DNA from: a virus
Taxonomy: Duplodnaviria; Heunggongvirae; Uroviricota; Caudoviricetes
Length of the DNA: 42,224 bases
Direction: 5' to 3' (one strand)
Virus record (IMG/VR): IMGVR_UViG_3300031853_000004
Coordinates: 101,319-143,542 of that record
Under the pieces are notes generated by a model. The model did not search any database and was not told the DNA's origin. It worked only from the letters and a program-made list of their open reading frames with translations. Shown here in pieces: positions 12,681-23,067 of the stretch (position 1 is the first letter of the stretch; every line of letters starts with the position of its first letter). A program made the translations under genes and the position numbers.

Positions 12681-12828
12681 GCTATCATCCTCCTTCAAAA
12701 AATTTTTCCTAGGAACTAATATTAAAACTGTATACAAGTTTCCTTTTTAAATATTATATAGGTTCGCGCTCCATATATAATATTATCCTTAATATAACAA
12801 ATTATCAATCAAGGCATCGATAACATTG

Positions 12829-13596
12829 TTAATAAATATATTTAGTCCACTCTTCAGGAACTTCCATTTTAGAATTATCCATTAGAGGGGTGATAGAAAT
12901 TTTTTGATAAAGGTCATAAGATTGTTTAAGGAAAAATCTCCTATAAACATCATATAATTGAAATGGAGTATAATTAAAAAATATATTTATATCCATTTGC
13001 AATCCAATAGCTAAAGAAGAAGCTATTTGTGCAAACATTGACTGATCTTTACTCTGTTCAGATCTTAATTGCGCAGTTTTTTTCCGTCCTGCTTTAATTT
13101 TATCAGCAATTTGTTTAGCCAAATCATTAGCAGGATTATATTCAACTTCTTCTTCTAAAGATTGAGCGATAAAAAGATTTTCAATCATATTTTTTAATAA
13201 ATCAAATGTAAAAGGATTTATTCTACTAACAACTATTTTCTTTTCATCTTGCTCAACAAAAAATATAATCTCATTATCTGTAAAATCTATATTATAATCA
13301 GGGAAAATAAATTCAAAATAATTTACTAAAATATTTCTAACAGTATTATCTTCTCTGATCATTGTCATTAATAATTGAAAATTAGAAAATATTTCTAATT
13401 CAGAATTGCCCCGTTTAATTTCAGCAACAAATTCATCTGTATGAACTATTAATTGAGTAGCAAACAAAAAATCATCTTCACCAAACATTACTATTTCTCC
13501 AATAGTAGGTGGTGATATAGCAATATTTAATCCTTCAATTAAAACAGACCTGCCACTTAAAAATAATCCAACTTTCCTTTTATCTCCATGTATCAT
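12829..13596 (-). CDS. Hypothetical tail-module protein (255 aa), no TGA
   Basis: Open in the standard code, TAA stop. The ATG at 13596 overlaps the end region of the upstream gene; weak RBS. Confidence 0.75.
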   Translation of the reverse strand: MIHGDKRKVGLFLSGRSVLIEGLNIAISPPTIGEIVMFGEDDFLFATQLIVHTDEFVAEIKRGNSELEIFSNFQLLMTMIREDNTVRNILVNYFEFIFPDYNIDFTDNEIIFFVEQDEKKIVVSRINPFTFDLLKNMIENLFIAQSLEEEVEYNPANDLAKQIADKIKAGRKKTAQLRSEQSKDQSMFAQIASSLAIGLQMDINIFFNYTPFQLYDVYRRFFLKQSYDLYQKISITPLMDNSKMEVPEEWTKYIY

Positions 13597-13598
13597 AA

Positions 13599-14222
13599 TT
13601 ATCAACCATTACCTGTTAAATCCTGCGGCGATGGTAAAGTATCATCAATTCTCTCACTATCATCTGCATTTCCATGAGTTGCTATATATCGTAAAACAAT
13701 ACCTCCAAGATATTCATTAAGAATAACTTCTGACGCACCCATAAAATTAAGAGTGCCAATACCTGAAAGTTTTGTTCCATTTAACATACCATCAATATAA
13801 CCTGCAATTTGATAAGGTCTCAACTTATAATCATCAAGTTCTCAATAGTCTAAATGTGAAATAATTGTAAAACTAATAGTGCAATTTCTATAATACTCGT
13901 TTGCGCTAGGAAGAAAATCATCAAATTCTAAAAGAATATAACTTCTTACTTCCTCATGTTCTCCAAAGGCTAATTTAGGAACATTTTTAATATATTGTAA
14001 ATTCTTCATCTCTTGGAGATTCATATTGTCAATTATTTCTTGAAATTGAACTTGAGATTCATCAAGACAATTTGGAGTATTAATTACTAAAAGTCTTTTT
14101 AATTTGTCACTATATGGGCGAGACTCTACAAAAAGTTTTCTTCAAATAGTCTCTTGATCAACTTCACAAGAAAGAAAAGTAGATTTAAAGTTATTAGCTA
14201 ACAACACCGACTGCTTGCGCAT
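13599..14222 (-). CDS. Putative tail terminator/completion protein (207 aa); 3 in-frame TGA
   Basis: RBS AGGAGG, ATG 14222. Joins track ORFs 13842..14024 and 13602..13823 through TGA 14142 and 13842; ends TGA-TAA. Motif HLDY(W)ELDDYKLRPYQIAGYIDGMLN. Function inferred from position. Confidence 0.75.
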
Positions 14223-15345
14223 TTCCACCTCCTGTGAACGATCCAATAGTAATAGGTAAAGTATAAATTTCACCTTCATCTGTTGTACAAGTTAAATTAA
14301 AAGAACCTTTACGGCCAGTCAATACTTCAATGTCACAAGATTTACCATCTTGTCTATTAATTCTAACTAAATCAGAATCAATCGTATAAGTTCCCGTACC
14401 TTTATAACTAACCAAACTGTAAGGATATATAACATCAGGACCAACAATGTAATTTCTCTGTCAGTCAATTGTACATTCTAAATTATAATCTCCATATGAT
14501 ATAGTATAATTACCTACTGCACCATCAAAAACTTTAATTTTACACATATTTCCATTATTAAGGACTTCAAGTATTCGCACTCTAGGATTACCAGTTACCT
14601 TCCATTCATATTTTTTCTTTAAATATGATTTAGGAATATAATATCCTACTTCCGAATCTTGCGATACAACTGTTTCACCAATAATGACAGAATCCTCTGT
14701 TTCTTTTTTAATTTCAGGCAATTCTGCTATTGGATTATCATAATACTCCTGAACCTCTAATTCAAGAATACCAGGAACAGAGATGCTGTCTGTTACTTGA
14801 ACTTCCCAAATATGATTATCAACTTTTATATGTGTAAAACGCTTAAAAAATTCTCGTGTTTGTGGAGTTAATTTTATATAAATTGTGCCAGATAGATTTA
14901 ATTCATTCACGTTAATTGCATTCTTAATAAACCAACGAAGATCTGTTTCAGTTGGTCCTTGAAAATACACTCAATATGATGTTCCATCAATCTCTAACGT
15001 ATATCTACAACGAATTATCTCAGATCTGAGGTAAGCAGTTTCTGTCAAAACTGGCAAATAAATCATTCAATGAGTTCCATCTGCCAATACTTCAAAAACG
15101 TCTCCAGATTCTAATCCAGAATCAAATTCAACAGATACAAATTTTTTATCATAATCTGCTTTTAATCCACCAGAGTCGGTGGTTATTAAAGCTGGTCAAG
15201 CAGAATGCAAAGGAGTTTTAATTAATCTAGAATTATAATCATTTTTTAATGCTCATTGTAAACTTTTTAATTTTTGTTTATTAATGCGGCCAAGCTGATC
15301 TCCACCTAACGCTGTAAGTCTTGCTGCCAAACTATTCCGTGACAT
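14194..15345 (-). CDS. Putative head-tail connector/closure protein (383 aa); 5 in-frame TGA
   Basis: RBS AGGAGG, ATG 15345. TGA at 15253, 15196, 15067, 14971 and 14461 join track ORFs 14461..14970 and 14194..14415; beta-rich, Ig-like C-terminus; TAA stop. Confidence 0.75.
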
Positions 15346-15357
15346 AGGCCGCACCTC

Positions 15358-15663
15358 CTAATCAATATCTTTTTTAAGTTTATCAATCAAAGAACAGCAT
15401 TCAAAGATAGTTCTACGATAAGCCATAAAATCATCTGAAAGTTGTTCAAGTCCTTTTAATTTAAAAATTAAAGAAACTAAATTTTCAAGTTTAGGAAAAC
15501 AACCCTGCATACCTAAAAATTCTATAATAACAGTTTCTAAAAGTTTATCTCACTCTTGATTTTCTTCTAACATTGGGAGAAGTTTAAAAGTAAGTTTTTG
15601 TTGTTTATTTAAAATGTTGATAATTGTATTTTTATCAATTGAAATATTATATATCGTTTCCAT
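15358..15663 (-). CDS. Hypothetical head-tail module protein (101 aa); 1 in-frame TGA; absent from the ORF track
   Basis: METIYNISID...LPMLEENQE(W)DKLLETV...YRRTIFECC...; TGA 15550; the TAG stop overlaps the next RBS. Confidence 0.75.
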
Positions 15664-15664
15664 G

Positions 15665-16168
15665 TTACACCCTTTCAAATCGTTTGTCAGGTGCGTCATA
15701 GTTCATAATTTTATACATAGATGATCTAACATGTCCATCAGAATCGTATTCACGTCTAGAGTATAAACGTTGCATTTTAAGAGCCTTCAATTCATAAGAT
15801 TCTTTTAGACTTATTAATTGTTTTATATGAGCTGCTTGACTGGTAAACTTAAAATCTGATCCACTGTATTTTTGTCTAACGAGATCAACATTAGCTATTT
15901 GATACCCAAGCCATTCACATATCATATAAAGTCTAATAATAGTCATTTCAGTAGATGTTAATTTAACTGTAAAAGATTGATTATCAAAATCAAAAACAAA
16001 AGGTGTTTCTCAGCGAGGAAACTCAAAACTATTAATTGCTGCAACTAATAATTCTTGTAAAACCTCTTTTGTATCTTCTTCAGTCATTTCCATGTACATG
16101 TCATCAGTAATTCCCGCAAGGAAAAAATCATACATATCTTGAAAAGAGGTAGGTGATTCTTCTGCCAT
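15665..16168 (-). CDS. Putative head-tail adaptor protein (167 aa); 1 in-frame TGA
   Basis: RBS GGAGG, ATG 16168. TGA 16010 joins the N-terminus to track ORF 15665..15946 (EWL...KYSGSDFKFTSQAAH). Function inferred from position. Confidence 0.72.
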
Positions 16169-16192
16169 ATTCCTCCCTCCTTTTCTTTGTCT

Positions 16193-16744
16193 CTATTGGA
16201 CTCTGCGTCCTTGTGGTTTCACTTCTTTATTTGAACCAACTCGGCGAGTTTTACGCTCTGTTGGAGTATCTTCAACTAAACTATTTAGCTCTTCCGCATA
16301 ACTAATCATTTTTGTAATATCATGACCGGTTTCTTGCTGAATTAAACGATGCTTATTAATATCTGGAATTTGAAGAATTACTGCTTGACTTACAATAGTA
16401 TCAACAATTCCAATAGGAGCAAAATCCAAAGCATCTGCTAATTCATCAATAGAACCATTAAGTAAAACTCTTTTAACATCATTTAAAGTCCAAGAGTACT
16501 CATGAGTAAAAAGATCTTCTGAAATACCAAACTCTGCGGCGAGGTCTTGATTCTCTACTGCAAGATAATCTTGTAATAGCTTTGAACCTCCTGGAAGGTA
16601 CCAAAGTTGACGCAATTCAGCGGCAGTTAGCTCTTTTGTTTCAAAACCTCTAAAGACTCTTCGTACTCGTAGTTCTGGAATTGTAAAAGCTACTATTTGG
16701 TCTGTTAGGTTGCGGACTCGAACTGTAATATCATCTTTAATCAT
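16193..16744 (-). CDS. Conserved head-module hypothetical protein (183 aa), no TGA
   Basis: RBS AAGGAG, ATG 16744; open in the standard code; TAG stop; both Trp codons are TGG. Confidence 0.8.
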   Translation of the reverse strand: MIKDDITVRVRNLTDQIVAFTIPELRVRRVFRGFETKELTAAELRQLWYLPGGSKLLQDYLAVENQDLAAEFGISEDLFTHEYSWTLNDVKRVLLNGSIDELADALDFAPIGIVDTIVSQAVILQIPDINKHRLIQQETGHDITKMISYAEELNSLVEDTPTERKTRRVGSNKEVKPQGRRVQ

Positions 16745-16779
16745 TTTCAATCTCCTTTTAATCTCCATTTTATAAAATA

Positions 16780-16800
16780 GGGGAGGAAGAAATCCTCCCC
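16780..16800 (-). terminator. Intrinsic terminator ending the capsid transcript
   Basis: GGGGAGGA-loop-TCCTCCCC followed by TATTTT. It lies after the capsid-extension ORF, not after the MCP. Confidence 0.75.
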
Positions 16801-16832
16801 TTTAATTAAATTAATGTTCGGATGTAAATCCT

Positions 16833-18095
16833 TTATTCTGGTATTACCTCATATCAGTCGCCATTCTTTTCAGACTTGAATCCATCCGCAACAAAGTTTG
16901 TATTAGCTCCTTCTGCTAAATTGTTGGCAGGGTTAAATTTATAGAACTTACCGCCTTCAACTAAAATACTAGAAGGACTATATATACCACCTGCGTAAGC
17001 AGATTCATTCATGTCAAGCATATTTAAACCATACTTAAAGTTACCATTTGAATCATAAGTTTCGTTGGTATCAGGAACTATATTAAAGACTCCACCTTTA
17101 ATTACGGCATCCCCGCCATAATATTTATAGTTTGCTCCAGACCCTCCTGGTTGTCCAGCTTGTAAGACACTGGTTTTACCAGTAAAATTACCAGATTCAA
17201 GAATTAACTTAGAAGGATAGTCTCCTGCTAGGTGACCAACTAAGAACGCATAATCTCTACCATATTCAATAGCACCCGTACCGACACTATCCTTCACAGT
17301 TATCTCACCATAATCTACTCTTAAAGCATAACTTGAAGAAGCAGAACCTGTAAGAGTATGTCCATTAAGGTCAAAAGTTAATTTAAAATCTTGCACTCTT
17401 GGAGCTGTACCTGAAAATCAAATTGACTCTGTAGTATCATTATTTAAAACTATAGTATCTCCATTTTGAGCTGCTTTAAAAGCATTTCCTAATGTTTTAT
17501 AATATACTCCATTAATAGAGGCAGATGGAATATAAAAAGTTATTTTAGCTTCCGCATACTTTCCATCTTTACTTACTCTAAAAATTGCTTGACCTGGCTG
17601 TAAAGGTGTAATAAAAATATCATCTTCTATTTTTTCAACTATCGCTGCATCTTGATTATTAGATGTAATTATGTAATCAGAAATATTAACTATATTATTA
17701 TTAATTTTTAACGTAGTTATTTTTTCTGCACCATCTGTTAATAATTTATCTGTGCTATCTGTTAAAATAGTTGCCGCAGGCGAATAATTAACAGGAACGG
17801 TGTCATAAACAGCATTATCTTTTATAAGTTTGATAATAGTTGTTCCTACACTAAGATCTGTTGAATTGGCGCGAGTTATATTTAAAGTTCCTACGCCTTT
17901 AGAAGTAAAGTTTGTATTACCTGATTGTATTAAAACACCAGAGTTATCAATTAATGACCAACCTTCTTTATCCTCTGCGGTCAAAGGCTCTCCATCGGCG
18001 CGACTAAGCGTTATTTTCAAAGGAGTTGACGCAGAGGTTAAAGAATAGTTATCTGCATTAAAACTTACCTGATAATTCTCGTCAGGATTTACCAC
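16833..18095 (-). CDS. Ig-like plus adhesin/beta-helix-like domain protein (420 aa), in frame with the MCP (possible readthrough extension); 2 in-frame TGA
   Basis: TGA 17418 and 16854 join the track ORFs; TAA at 16833. Motif ASINGVYYKTLGNAFKAAQNGDTIVL...LTFDLNGHTL resembles bacterial surface-protein repeats. Only a weak AGGA precedes the GTG at 18095. Confidence 0.7.
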
Positions 18096-18104
18096 CGGGT
18101 CGTC

Positions 18105-19196
18105 CTAATCACCGATCTCCTTGCGGCGAGTACGTGTATCATCAAGTGAAGAATCTTTGTAAGCGCAAATCCAATTAATTTGACCCATATGAGCGACGGT
18201 ACCAACGCCTACCTTCTGATACATCTGAACATCGGTTGACCAATCTTCATTGTTATCAGTGGTACGAAGTAGAAGTTGCCCCTCAAAGACAATTTTAACA
18301 GGCTTCTCTGTGCCAGTAGGAATAATATAAGCAGTTGAAGGATTAACGACAAAATTAGTATTTGTCTCATCAACAAGACCCTGCTGTAGAATTACAACAT
18401 TATGACCCTTATAATTACCGAGCCAACCATCTGCCCACATACGATCTTTCATAGCGTCAGACCAACGACCCTCAGAAGGAATCATCTTATTGGCAAACGC
18501 TTGTGTACAATAAATTGTTGCACGGCCATACTGATCAGCAATAGCGAGTAACTCATCCATTACTTCCTCGTCAAAGCCATTGACAGTTGCTTTATTAACC
18601 TCAGGAATGTCGGCAATCATAGCAGTAAGAGCCGCAGCTACCTCACGAGCAATGAAATAGTCAAACTCCTCCATGATAATCTGAGAATAATCAGCGAGTG
18701 ACCAACGTCCGTCAAGAACTTCTTCGAAGCCAATGCGGACTGCGCTGGTGATAGCACCAGTCTCAACTGTCATCTCAGCACCATCAAGCATGAATGTCTC
18801 GTAACGAGCTGCAAGCGCGCCACGGGTAACAAATGTACGAGCACGACGCTTAGAAGCTTCAGTTACACGAATCTTAAATACTGCACGATCACCCTGAGCA
18901 ATATGCTCAACATCAGCAAATTGCATATACATTTTATCGACACGGGCAGGAATAACCTCTTCAAGCACATGAGAAACTAGAGCAAAAACCTCGTCACGAT
19001 TAGCTTTCCAAGTATAATAATCTACTTTACCGCCATTATAACCAAGTCTTTCAGAAAGCTCTTTTGCAAGAACTTCATTCACTTGTTCAATAGAATACTG
19101 TTCATTCTTACCATTAAAGGAGAAATTAACAGAAGTGCCTTTATCTGCACGAACTGCCTGTTTAGCAAGCATTTCTAAATCTTTAAAATCTAGCAT
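18105..19196 (-). CDS. Major capsid protein (363 aa), no TGA
   Basis: Strong RBS GGAGG. Located after the protease/scaffold and accessory genes; size and codon bias of a highly expressed gene; 7 Trp, all TGG; ends in TAG. Confidence 0.8.
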   Translation of the reverse strand: MLDFKDLEMLAKQAVRADKGTSVNFSFNGKNEQYSIEQVNEVLAKELSERLGYNGGKVDYYTWKANRDEVFALVSHVLEEVIPARVDKMYMQFADVEHIAQGDRAVFKIRVTEASKRRARTFVTRGALAARYETFMLDGAEMTVETGAITSAVRIGFEEVLDGRWSLADYSQIIMEEFDYFIAREVAAALTAMIADIPEVNKATVNGFDEEVMDELLAIADQYGRATIYCTQAFANKMIPSEGRWSDAMKDRMWADGWLGNYKGHNVVILQQGLVDETNTNFVVNPSTAYIIPTGTEKPVKIVFEGQLLLRTTDNNEDWSTDVQMYQKVGVGTVAHMGQINWICAYKDSSLDDTRTRRKEIGD

Positions 19197-19216
19197 ATCT
19201 ATTTTCCTCCCTTCAA

Positions 19217-19708
19217 TTAAGCCTTAGTTACTTGGAGTTTAAGACCGGGCTGACCATCAGGCATAGTTGTCTCTTTAACAATTGTGCACTCAAGATCGCC
19301 TGTGCCAACCTCAAGAATACCCTCGTCGCCAGGAGTAAGTACCTGACCAACAGAGTAGGTAGCATTAGCAACATTATTTGTAGTGAAAATATCACCAGCG
19401 TGCATTACGAATACACGAGGATACATCTTACCATCGTAGAAATCCGCAGCCTGCATAGCATAGTCGCGATGCATCTGGTGACGCTCATCATAGAGCTTCT
19501 CCTCATTAAAGACCATCATCCAAGGACCTTCGCCAGTGAAATTCACTTCACCGTTAGCATAATCATACTTTACAAAGGTGCCCTGCTCAAGGATATCAAT
19601 CCCATCAGCCGCAGGAAGCTGACCATAGACTTGGCCGTTGCGAGGAGCAGAAAGGTGATTAGGCTCAACAACTGCGAAGCCTAGTTTACCATCAAAAGTA
19701 ATAGCCAT
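19217..19708 (-). CDS. Putative capsid accessory/decoration protein (163 aa), no TGA
   Basis: RBS AAGGAG; between scaffold and MCP; GC3-enriched codons like the MCP. Confidence 0.7.
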   Translation of the reverse strand: MAITFDGKLGFAVVEPNHLSAPRNGQVYGQLPAADGIDILEQGTFVKYDYANGEVNFTGEGPWMMVFNEEKLYDERHQMHRDYAMQAADFYDGKMYPRVFVMHAGDIFTTNNVANATYSVGQVLTPGDEGILEVGTGDLECTIVKETTMPDGQPGLKLQVTKA

Positions 19709-19729
19709 TTATCTAACTCCTTAATTTAA

Positions 19730-21040
19730 TTATTTGCTTGCATTACGAAGAGCACGCTGTAAATCTGTTAGCTGCTCTGTAGTTGTTTCATCCTCAAGGG
19801 AGAAAGTCATTTCAGGGGAAGGCTCGTCGTCAGACTGCCCATCTACCTTGGTAAAATCTACATTCTGTTCAACGTACATAATAGCTAATTTAGCTTTAAT
19901 ATCGTCGTAAGAATATTCAGCCATGTGATCAACAATTTCTTGCTTATCTTCGTCAGAAAGCATGAAATAGCTATCAATCAAAGACTGTTTCTGTTGATTC
20001 TCAATTTTTAGCTTAAAATTACGTAACTCCATAACCTCTGCGCGAAGAGATTCAAGTTCGTTATTCATTGCATTAAATTGCTCTTCAGAAAATTCTGAAT
20101 CTGTATTATCACTATCTTCAGACTCTTCATGAACATATTCTTCATCTTCAACAATGGAATCGTCCTTGTCGTCATCCTCTGTTTCGTCTGAATCAACATC
20201 TTCATCTTCTACAGTTTCAATTTCTTCTGTAGTATTTTCAAAATCCGTACTCTCTTCAGTTGCGGTATCATCTACCTGCTCAGGAGCTACTTCATTCTCA
20301 AATTCTTGATCTTCAGTATTAGACATATTCAACCCTCCTTTGCTATTTAAGGTTTCTTTTAGCTCTTGCATCATCGTAAACAAAGTATTTTCAAAACTCT
20401 CTTTAGAAAAATTTGAACTTACTTGCGGAGATGTAATAGAGCTTCCTTCATAGCAAGGCTCAACGTCATCTCCCAGAATACATAGTTTACTAAAAACTGC
20501 ATCGTTAATAATAAAGAAATCTACACCCAATTCTCTATCTTCTGCCCAGTGACCCTCTAATGATTCACCGTCAAGCTCCATTGAATGCGGCTGACCTTCT
20601 TCAATAACTTTTGTAAGCTCTGGAAATTGTCCAGTTCATAAATAGCCAGTTGTCATCATATAAGTTCGCTCAACTTTATTATCAAATTCATCTGTGTCTG
20701 TAAAATTTTGAAATCAAATTTTTGAATCAGGAGCTACAAAGCCATAAGGAACAGTTTTACAGGAAAAACTAATTTCTCCATCTTCGATATGAATTACATG
20801 ACCATGATCACCAAAATCTTCTTTTTTTTCATTGTAGGCCGCTACTATTGGCGTTCCTCTTAAAGTTTTAGCCATTTTTAAAGCGGTATCTTTATTAATA
20901 TATGAATGATTTCTATTATGACCAAGGTAAAAAACTTTAATTTCGCAAGTTGAAATTAGTGGTGAAAGATCGGAAGGTGTAAGATTTATAAATTCTGGAT
21001 TATCAATGGTAGATACCTCAGATCTATTTTTTAACGCCAT
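19730..21040 (-). CDS. Prohead protease/scaffold protein (436 aa); 2 in-frame TGA
   Basis: RBS AAGGAGG. TGA 20714 and 20636 (GYL(W)TGQFPE) join the track ORFs; long acidic coiled-coil C-terminus typical of scaffolds. Confidence 0.8.
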
Positions 21041-21053
21041 CTATACCTCCTTC

Positions 21054-22601
21054 CTAACTTTCGGACTCTTTATTACGTCTTGTTTTGTCAGACTGCTCAT
21101 CCTCTGGTAATGGAGGACGTCCGCCCTGACTACCCGCAGATGGTTTATTACCGGTTTGTGTTTTAGATTCTCCTACTGTACCAGCTGTAGTAGTTGAAGA
21201 CGCAGGAGGTCTAAATACTTCATCTAAATGAAGAATATCATTCTCAAATATTGCGGTTGATAACACAACACTTTGAGATTGTCCAAGAGCAACTTGAGGT
21301 AAAAGTTTAGAGAAACCAATTTGAGTTTGCTCTTTATAGACTTTGGATAAATCTTTATAATTATAACCGGTAGTTGGTAACATCTGCACGGTGTAACGAA
21401 GCTTTTTAACATTTTTATTAAAAGGCTTCAAGAGACTCTCTGCATAACTTCCAAATTGAAGTAGCAAATCAGTCATTGTGGCTTCGTCATTCACAATAGA
21501 TTTCTCTAAAGCGAGGTTGCCAGTGGTATTAAACAACATTTGACTAGCGCCAGCTTCATTGTATACAGTTCTTTCCACTTTATCTAACTGGTCCGCGGCC
21601 GACATATTAGAATGATCTGATAAATCTTCTACAGCAACGTCCGCAAACGTAGTTAACACATCAACACCAATTGTTTCTCCAAGCATAGCAACAGCATTTT
21701 TATGTAATTCTTTACCTTCTTCTATATCAAAAACAGGAATACTATTTTTATCCATAGGAAGTTGTTGAACTACTAATCTTAAAAGTTGCTGTTCCATTTT
21801 CTTTTTATCTAACTCTTGAGCATCTTCTAAGTCTAATAACTTGGGAACAATTGAAAAGAAAAATGGGGTATCTGAATTATTTAAATTAAATTTTACCGCT
21901 TTTTCAGCATCTAAACCAATTCATCCATCATTCTTAGTGTCTTCTCCTTCAAGAGCGCCTTTTTTGTATTTTATATATCCTTGTTGGAACTCTTTTGGAA
22001 AAGCTTTTAATACTTTCATTCTTTTCTTTGTAGTTGTAAAACAATCATCGAAGAAACGCACATTAAATTCAATAATAGGATTACCATTTAATTTAAAATT
22101 ACTGCGCGAATATTTAATAGGAAGCTCCTGTAAAGAAATCATAGTATCATTTCCTACTTTATAACCATAGTAACAACCATTTTTTATTACTTTAAGCGCA
22201 ATTTCTCCAAATAATTTTTTTAAATTACACCTATCCAAGAGAAGAACAGATTTCATTCAGCCTTCAATAATTTTATTATCTTTGATTTTTTCGTCTATGC
22301 GGATAGGCGTGACGAATCAATCATAACGATATAGATACGCCATATATCTACAAAGTCGAGAATAAATACCACTTACTGTAAAAAAGTAATTTGAAATTGC
22401 TCGCATCTCTTCTAAATTATTGGATTGAATTGCGCGTTCTCAACGAAGCCGCAAATCATTTTTTCGAGCTCGTCTTTCATTAACTTTTTTAAGGTCTAAA
22501 AGAACTTCATCTCTGTAAGCAGTACCACCAATTCTCATTTTGTTAAAATCATAAGAAGGACGCTGTTGTTCAGTCGCAGAGACCAAACGAATATCATTCA
22601 T
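21054..22601 (-). CDS. Portal protein (515 aa); 4 in-frame TGA
   Basis: RBS AAGGAGG, ATG 22601. TGA at 22440, 22317, 22257 and 21921; motif SGIYSRLCRYMAYLYRYD(W); no TGG; TAG stop; position between TerL and protease. Confidence 0.82.
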
Positions 22602-22615
22602 TGAACTCGACCTCC

Positions 22616-22972
22616 TTAATACCCCGCTTGATGCATAATATAATCATAAGTGATTCTATTTTCATCATAATGAGGAATAGTAATTAATTGTATACCATGC
22701 TTTAAGCAATAGTTCTTTTTTTGAGTATCATTATATTGTTGCCTATTTTTTCCTTTTTCGCCACCAAATTTAGAAACTCCTTGATAATGCTGTCTACCTT
22801 GAGCTTCTATTAAAAAATCTAATTGTCCATCGTCATTAAATACAGCGAAGTCGAATCTCAATGGCCTTCCGCTTGAAGCGACTAAATCATCGAATGTATA
22901 CTCTTCTTCAAAAGGAACGTCATAGTCTGTTAAAATATTGTGTATCTTTACTTCCATTTTTGATGATAACAT
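22616..22972 (-). CDS. PD-(D/E)XK-like endonuclease (118 aa)
   Basis: RBS AAGGAG, ATG 22972; motif LRFDFAVF...LIEAQGRQHY...NDTQKKNYCLKHGIQLITIPHY. Confidence 0.7.
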   Translation of the reverse strand: MLSSKMEVKIHNILTDYDVPFEEEYTFDDLVASSGRPLRFDFAVFNDDGQLDFLIEAQGRQHYQGVSKFGGEKGKNRQQYNDTQKKNYCLKHGIQLITIPHYDENRITYDYIMHQAGY

Positions 22973-23006
22973 ACTATTGCACTCCTTTCTCACTATTACT
23001 CTAAAG

Positions 23007-23046
23007 TATATAAAATTTAGATAAAACAAATTATTCAATTTTGCCC
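23007..23046 (-). promoter_or_regulatory. Candidate phage-specific or activator-dependent promoter motif
   Basis: GGGCAAAATTGAATAAT-N17-TATATA, with an identical 17-mer and identical spacing at 42014-42053. Confidence 0.5.
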
Positions 23047-23067
23047 TAATTTTTTAAAAATTTTTTA

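Noticed and set aside
11772-12737. Track ORF as a complete 321-aa protein
   Set aside because: Its 3' end runs into group I intron core sequence; the true product continues in exon 2 at 11005.
19232-19684. Plus-strand ORFs overlapping structural genes (also 3296, 3848, 5072, 12388, 17830, 21841, 23665, 24737)
   Set aside because: They are antisense shadows of well-supported minus-strand genes, with no RBS or recognisable motifs.
15358-21056. Genome-wide TAG recoding
   Set aside because: TAG ends the portal, 16193 and 15358 genes, each followed by a new RBS/ATG, so any TAG readthrough is limited to the MCP.
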